Shown piece after piece: positions 48,445-53,432 of a DNA stretch of 53,432 nt. Made by a program: the position numbers and the translations under genes. Each line of letters opens with the position of its first letter. Positions within the stretch are counted from its first letter, which is position 1. Origin of the DNA: Proteromonas lacertae (taxonomy: Eukaryota); NCBI GenBank assembly GCA_002245135.1, contig NGBS01000921.1, positions 1 through 53,432 of the forward strand. The letters run 5' to 3'. The notes beneath the pieces were generated by a model, which did not search any database, had not been told where the DNA came from, and worked only from the letters and a program-made list of their open reading frames with translations.

Positions 48445-48607
48445 ACTCATTGAGTAATCTATTCTTTTTGTAATGTAATATGTTTAATACTATGTTTCTT
48501 TATATATATATATATTATTATTATATAATTGTTTATTTTTGTATTATTTTCTAAAAATTATATCGTTTTAAAAAATTGTCATTCACTGTGATTTATCTTT
48601 TATAATA

Positions 48608-49142
48608 ATGACTAGGTATAATGGAGTTGTAAAATTCTATAAAGATAATGATGTATTATTAATTCTATTAACTAATATAGGAATATGGATTTATTATCTG
48701 TCCAGCATTTTATTCACCTCGTGATTTGTATTTTTCACCTCGTAATATAAATGCATTACAATCTGATATGGATAAATTAAGAATAACAATACGTGGAACA
48801 ATAGTTAACTTCGAAATTGTACTAAGAAAAAGAGGATATCAAGCATATGACATAAAACTAGGAAGATGTGCGAGTGACGCTACCATACACAGTAATCCAT
48901 TTTCATTTCTCGAATTAGCTTGTGGTTTTAGCTCTCTAAGAATTTCACAAGCACTAAATACAGAAATCTATGTTCCTGAAGGATATGAAGCTATCAATTG
49001 TTCTATTTGTTTAGAAGTACTAGATTGTGGAGAAAGAGTTACTACATTGCCTTGTAAACACAAGTTTCACGAAAATTGTTTATCCCAGTGGTTAAAAGAT
49101 AGCCACACTTGTCCAAATTGTAGACAAAGCATATCAGTATAA
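48608..49142 (+). CDS. Cold-shock-domain + RING-H2 protein (copy 2)
   Basis: Same intron position; MTRYNGVVKFYKDNDEYGFI...GTIVNFEI...RGYQAYDI, then CSICLE...LPCKHKFHENC...CPNCR. Confidence 0.8.
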
Positions 49143-49658
49143 TCATATCGGTTAATTCTCTTCAATGTAAACAATTTTCTTATTATAATATAATTTGTTT
49201 GATTTTTAATTACTGTGTACAATAACTACATTACTTCATAACAAAATAATGGAATAGTACCTTATATAACTATAGTATGACGAAATAAAACTAAATGTAA
49301 AAGAGATGTAAAATTGACATTAAATTACATTGTAAACCGCAAATTTTAAAATGATGTATTATTGTTTTGCATCTTGATTTACTCTTTCTCTGAATGATGA
49401 AATGCAATTATTATTGGTATATATTTATTAATATATGTTTTTCTTATTCTATCCAAACTTATTTCCGTCCGAACCATCCCATGTTCAAGACGAGCCTCGG
49501 TTTTGTATAGAGAACTATTGATTTTTGATAAAACTGTTCTTCGTTTTACTGTCGAATTATAAATTTATCGAGATTTCACATTTTTATTGTTTTATAGATT
49601 AATTAAAAAGAAAAGGATGGTTAAAAAATAGATGTAGAGTAATGTATGGTTAATTTAC

Positions 49659-51011
49659 TTATGGAAGCTGTTCATTGTCACTGATTGAAGGTGCAGCTGG
49701 GATATTTTCATCATTATTTTCATTGTTATCATTATTGTTATTATTATTTTCACTCTGTGTTTGGGGTATTTGAGGAGTTTCAATCTCTTCAATTAACGGT
49801 GGTGGTAATGATGGAATATCATTCTGTTGGCTTTGAGATGTTAATTCTTCCTCCTGTTGTTGTGTTGATCTATGAATAATAGTTGCCATTGGTTCCATAG
49901 GTGGAGGAGGTGGTGGTGGTGTTATATTGGTTAATAACTCAATCACTTCATTTTCATTCTCAACATCACTGTTATTGGCATTATTATTCTCACTTTGTTG
50001 ATTTTCATTAGTATTACTACTTGTTTCACTTTCTTGATTACTTTGTCCTGTTGATTATCATTATCGTTATTTCCTTGTGTTTGTTGTTGTTGTTGTTGAG
50101 CTTGTCTATTCTGCCTAGATTGTGGATCATTATCAGGTAAATTCCCATTCAACAAATCATCCACTGTAATCACATTACCAGTTTCTCTTGATATCTCATG
50201 TGCTCTTCTACACATATTCACCCACTCTCTAAATCTAATAATATTATTATTATGTTCTTCTCGCTGTTTATTCTGATATTGTTCTCTTGTTGATTTTTCT
50301 AATTCAACTCCACCTGTTGCAAATGCTTCAGCGCAGGATCTATCTATTTCATATACTGGACGATCATCTAAATAACTCAATTTTGGTAATGCTACAATCA
50401 ATCTTCTACGATAATTTTCTATTGATCTTACTGCTTTATTTCCTTGTAGTTTAAGGTTCCCAAGTTTTTAATTCTTTAATTAGTTCTATAAAGTTTGGAT
50501 CATCGATTTTGTTATGACTGATATCCAAACATTTGATGGATGGACAATCTTGTAGTTCAATTATTGAATCTACATCGTGTAAGTTGTTGTGGTCTAATGT
50601 TAATGTTTCTAAATGAGTTAATTCTTTGATTCCTTCTATTTTAGATATTGCATTGTGAGATAAATCTAATGTTATTAAATTTGTTAGTTTACTGAGATTT
50701 TCAATTTTTGATATACAATTCTTTGATAATATTAAACATCTTAGTTTTGTCATATGATCTAAATTCTCGATTTTAGTAAGTGAATTTGAATCTAGGTAAA
50801 TACAAACACAATTGATGTATTCTTCAAGTGCTTCTATTGTAGTAAATCCATGAAAATGTAAATATAAATTGTCATTCAAAGATGGTGTTTCATAACCTCC
50901 ATTTTGTAAGCAAGAAATCAATATAGCTTCTTTGGACATCCTTGTTGAGCTTGAGGCAGCATCTTGCAAACGGGAAATATATCTATCTCTTAAAAATGAG
51001 TAAGCATCCAT
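49659..51011 (-). CDS. DNAAF1: DNAAF1/LRRC50/ODA7-like LRR protein (two 1-bp frameshifts, ~50466 and ~50048)
   Basis: RMSKEAI...YETPSLNDNLYLHFHGFTTIEALEEY, SDS22-type LRRs (KIENL), and LRR cap NYRRRLIVALPKLSYLDDRPV...R.CAEAF..GG.E.E. Confidence 0.8.
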
Positions 51012-51152
51012 CAATCAACAGAAAAAAATAAAAAAACAGTTCAAAAACGAAAATTTGAATTAATACAGAAATACATTAATAAATATGTTGTATTAAGTGT
51101 ATTTTTATATTTTTTTGATTTACTTACGTTGTTAATTATTCATATCAATAGA

Positions 51153-52396
51153 ATGTTATTAAAATCATCAAATCTAACAGTCTTTATATCAATTATAGGT
51201 AAAAATCTTTTTATTTTAATGGCTGATAGGGTTAATACTCTGTTCTGGAAGTTGTCCGCTAGGTTTTATACCTACTGATGAAAGTGCATGTGAAGAAATA
51301 AAATGACATATATTTGGATGTATAATATTGTTCTTTAATAAATTAGATCAAATTCACCACAACTCAAACAGTTTCACAATCTAATATTGAAACTTTAAAG
51401 TATATTAATCTTAAATAAGCTAAATAAATAGAATTGAACTAGCCACAGCATATAGTGTTGATAAAAGTCGATTTAATGTAAATAGAACATATTCAGATAA
51501 TTATGCAACAATAGAAATAATTCATTCCAGTCCAGATTCAACAGATACAGCCTATTCAATCTATCAAAAATTCATGGTTGATTATAAAGATCCACAATCC
51601 AAATTAAGACAACAAACCATCTTTAAAAACATCGATCCAACCTTCACTCCCAAAGTAATAACAATATCTGAAATAGATGAGTATTTATTATATCCAAGCA
51701 CATTTGTATTTCATTATAATGCTGAGAAAAGCATTACACAACATGAGTTTATATTAGCTTCGCCTGGTTATGGTAATAAATCATTTGAAATATATAAAAT
51801 GGATATTGATCGAAGTAAACTATGGTTGACTATTACACCTATTCAAGGAATAATCAAACCTGGTCAAGCTTTACAAATTGATGTTATTGTAGATTTTAAG
51901 AAGTTGGAAAATAACTTAGATTATACGACAATAAAGATATATCATAATGGTTATAAACAAACGAATACTATTTCAATAATGGCATTTAAGGGGGAATTAG
52001 AGTATAAAACTGATATAAAAGAAGGACAAGGATTTTGGGAGAGATTATGGGCTTATCGATTAGAAGATGATGCTGTTTCCACTTCTATTTCTGCTTTAGT
52101 AATGATATTGGTGTTAGAAGTGTTTTATTTTTATATTTTATTACTGTTGTTGTAGTGTATATATTATGTTATTATATTATTTTTATTAATAGTTACATCC
52201 TTATAATAAATATGAATATACAGGTTATGAAACTGATGAAGTGGCTGGTGTAACAATGGATGATTATAAGCACAAGATTGATATGAGACAAGTTATTAAT
52301 AGAAAGACTAGTACTTTAACACCAGAATCTACACAAAAACCTACTTCAATAGATGATAAAATTGAAACAACAAATCCAAATTCTATCAATCCATAA
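51153..52396 (+). CDS. Predicted type I membrane protein with an Ig/MSP-like beta domain
   Basis: Hydrophobic leader, WLTITPIQGIIKPGQALQIDV, a TM segment near 52080-52165 and several short introns; model approximate. Confidence 0.55.
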
Positions 52397-52553
52397 ATCC
52401 TGATGTTAAAATGAGAGAAACAACTATTTCTCATTCAAAATCACAATAATTAAATTAATATATTGAATATTTTATTAATTATTTTGTTTTTCTCAAATAT
52501 CAAAGAAAATAACATAAATTTATATTTATAAGATAATTTAGTGAATATACTCT

Positions 52554-53077
52554 TTATGCGTTTGTAACTTTAGTTTTAGAAGCTTCAAATCTACCTACAA
52601 TTTCTGCATTCTTCTTATCCATTGCAGCTTGTGTTTTGTGAACAACAATTCCTCCTTTATCATTCACTATCAATGGTCTTGCCCAAGCATCAACAGCCTT
52701 TGGTTTTTGTTCTTTGAAATTCTTTATACATTCAACCCAGCCTCTAGCTACTTCTTCACCATTCTCTACTTCATCAGGTACTTTCAAATGAACTTTCTTC
52801 TCTTCATCACCTGGAGTAAATGTTTTGATAGATGAATCTCTCACTTTCAATACTATTGTAAAATCTTTATTTCACTTTCATATTCTATTCCATTATAACA
52901 TTCTAATGGAATATTCTGTTTCTCACCTAAATATACTTTACCATAATAACTAGGAACCATTGAATCATACACTCTGATTGAAGCTGGTTCAAAATATATT
53001 ACAAAATATCTTCTTTGCCATTTACCAACTACACGATCTTTACCTTCTTTCATCAAGTATCCTTCTTTGATTAACAT
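52554..53077 (-). CDS. PH-domain protein (1-bp frameshift near 52870)
   Basis: IKEGYLMKEG...KWQRRYFVI...ARGWVECIK; the two ORFs join if one A is restored in gaaataaag. Confidence 0.75.
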
Positions 53078-53432
53078 CAATCAAGAAAATTTAACTGAAT
53101 CAATCTCAATTTAATTACTCAGTTAAATAACATAAAATGTGAAAGTATATAACAACCAAAATCAATTTTATATATTAAGATCTCTTATTTCTTCTATTTC
53201 ACTAAAAAAATTGAATTTAAAAAACACAAATCATTGGTTATATGTTCGCTTGATTTGATTGGTTATTTCATTAAAATAAGTATTGCTCATATCTCGGTTA
53301 TTATTTAGGATAGAGTATTTTTTCATATTAGTTCTAATTAATTAGATAAATGGATGGTTTGTTAACCAAATTTTTTAGAAGAAGTGGTGATAATGTAGAT
53401 GATTTTAACACCATATTCCCATTAAGTTAGAA

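Noticed and set aside
49375..49580. Possible ncRNA (RNase P/MRP-like words, hairpin at 49510-49541) or a 61-codon minus-strand frame
   Set aside because: The conserved-region spacing is too short and the P4 pairing is imperfect. The frame has no upstream start or recognisable product.
1..53432. Stop-codon reassignment or polyadenylation-generated stop codons
   Set aside because: Complete conserved genes end in genomic TAA/TAG/TGA. Internal breaks are explained by introns or 1-bp indels, and only one clear isolated in-frame TAA was seen.

Overview
Very AT-rich, gene-dense eukaryotic DNA with many short (about 25-50 nt, mostly about 30 nt) GT-AG introns. This fits a Blastocystis-like anaerobic stramenopile, but the organism is an inference. 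Most ORF-track fragments are exons that splice into about 30 genes. There are three zones. (1) 1-~6980 is an almost intron-free, mostly minus-strand block of orphan genes. Three of them are built from CxxC-x(~18-21)-CxxC-R repeats. The block also has disrupted ORFs and a 158-bp tandem duplication, and ends at a short telomere-type motif (TAGGGTTAGGGTTAG). It looks like a virus- or mobile-element-derived island, but no hallmark gene is in the window. (2) ~7.3-32.5 kb is a fast-evolving cluster with four pseudokinase-LRR genes whose LRRs sit on symmetric phase-1 exons (84/87/168/171 nt in the first gene), as in animal NLRs. One is fused behind an intact kinase and one carries an extra C-terminal domain. 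The zone also holds two BTB-BACK-Ig genes with different tails, a neutral sphingomyelinase, a UGPase and duplicated gene fragments. (3) ~32.6-53.4 kb holds mostly conserved genes: PZP-MORN, AGC kinase, FKBP, Unkempt-like, NASP-like (with an E2F site), RBM22, prohibitin, PP2Ac, an intronless YqhD-like ADH, two cold-shock-domain RING-H2 genes, DNAAF1-like and a PH protein. Single-base indels at homopolymer runs interrupt even conserved genes, so pseudogene calls are uncertain. No rRNA, complete tRNA or CRISPR array was seen.
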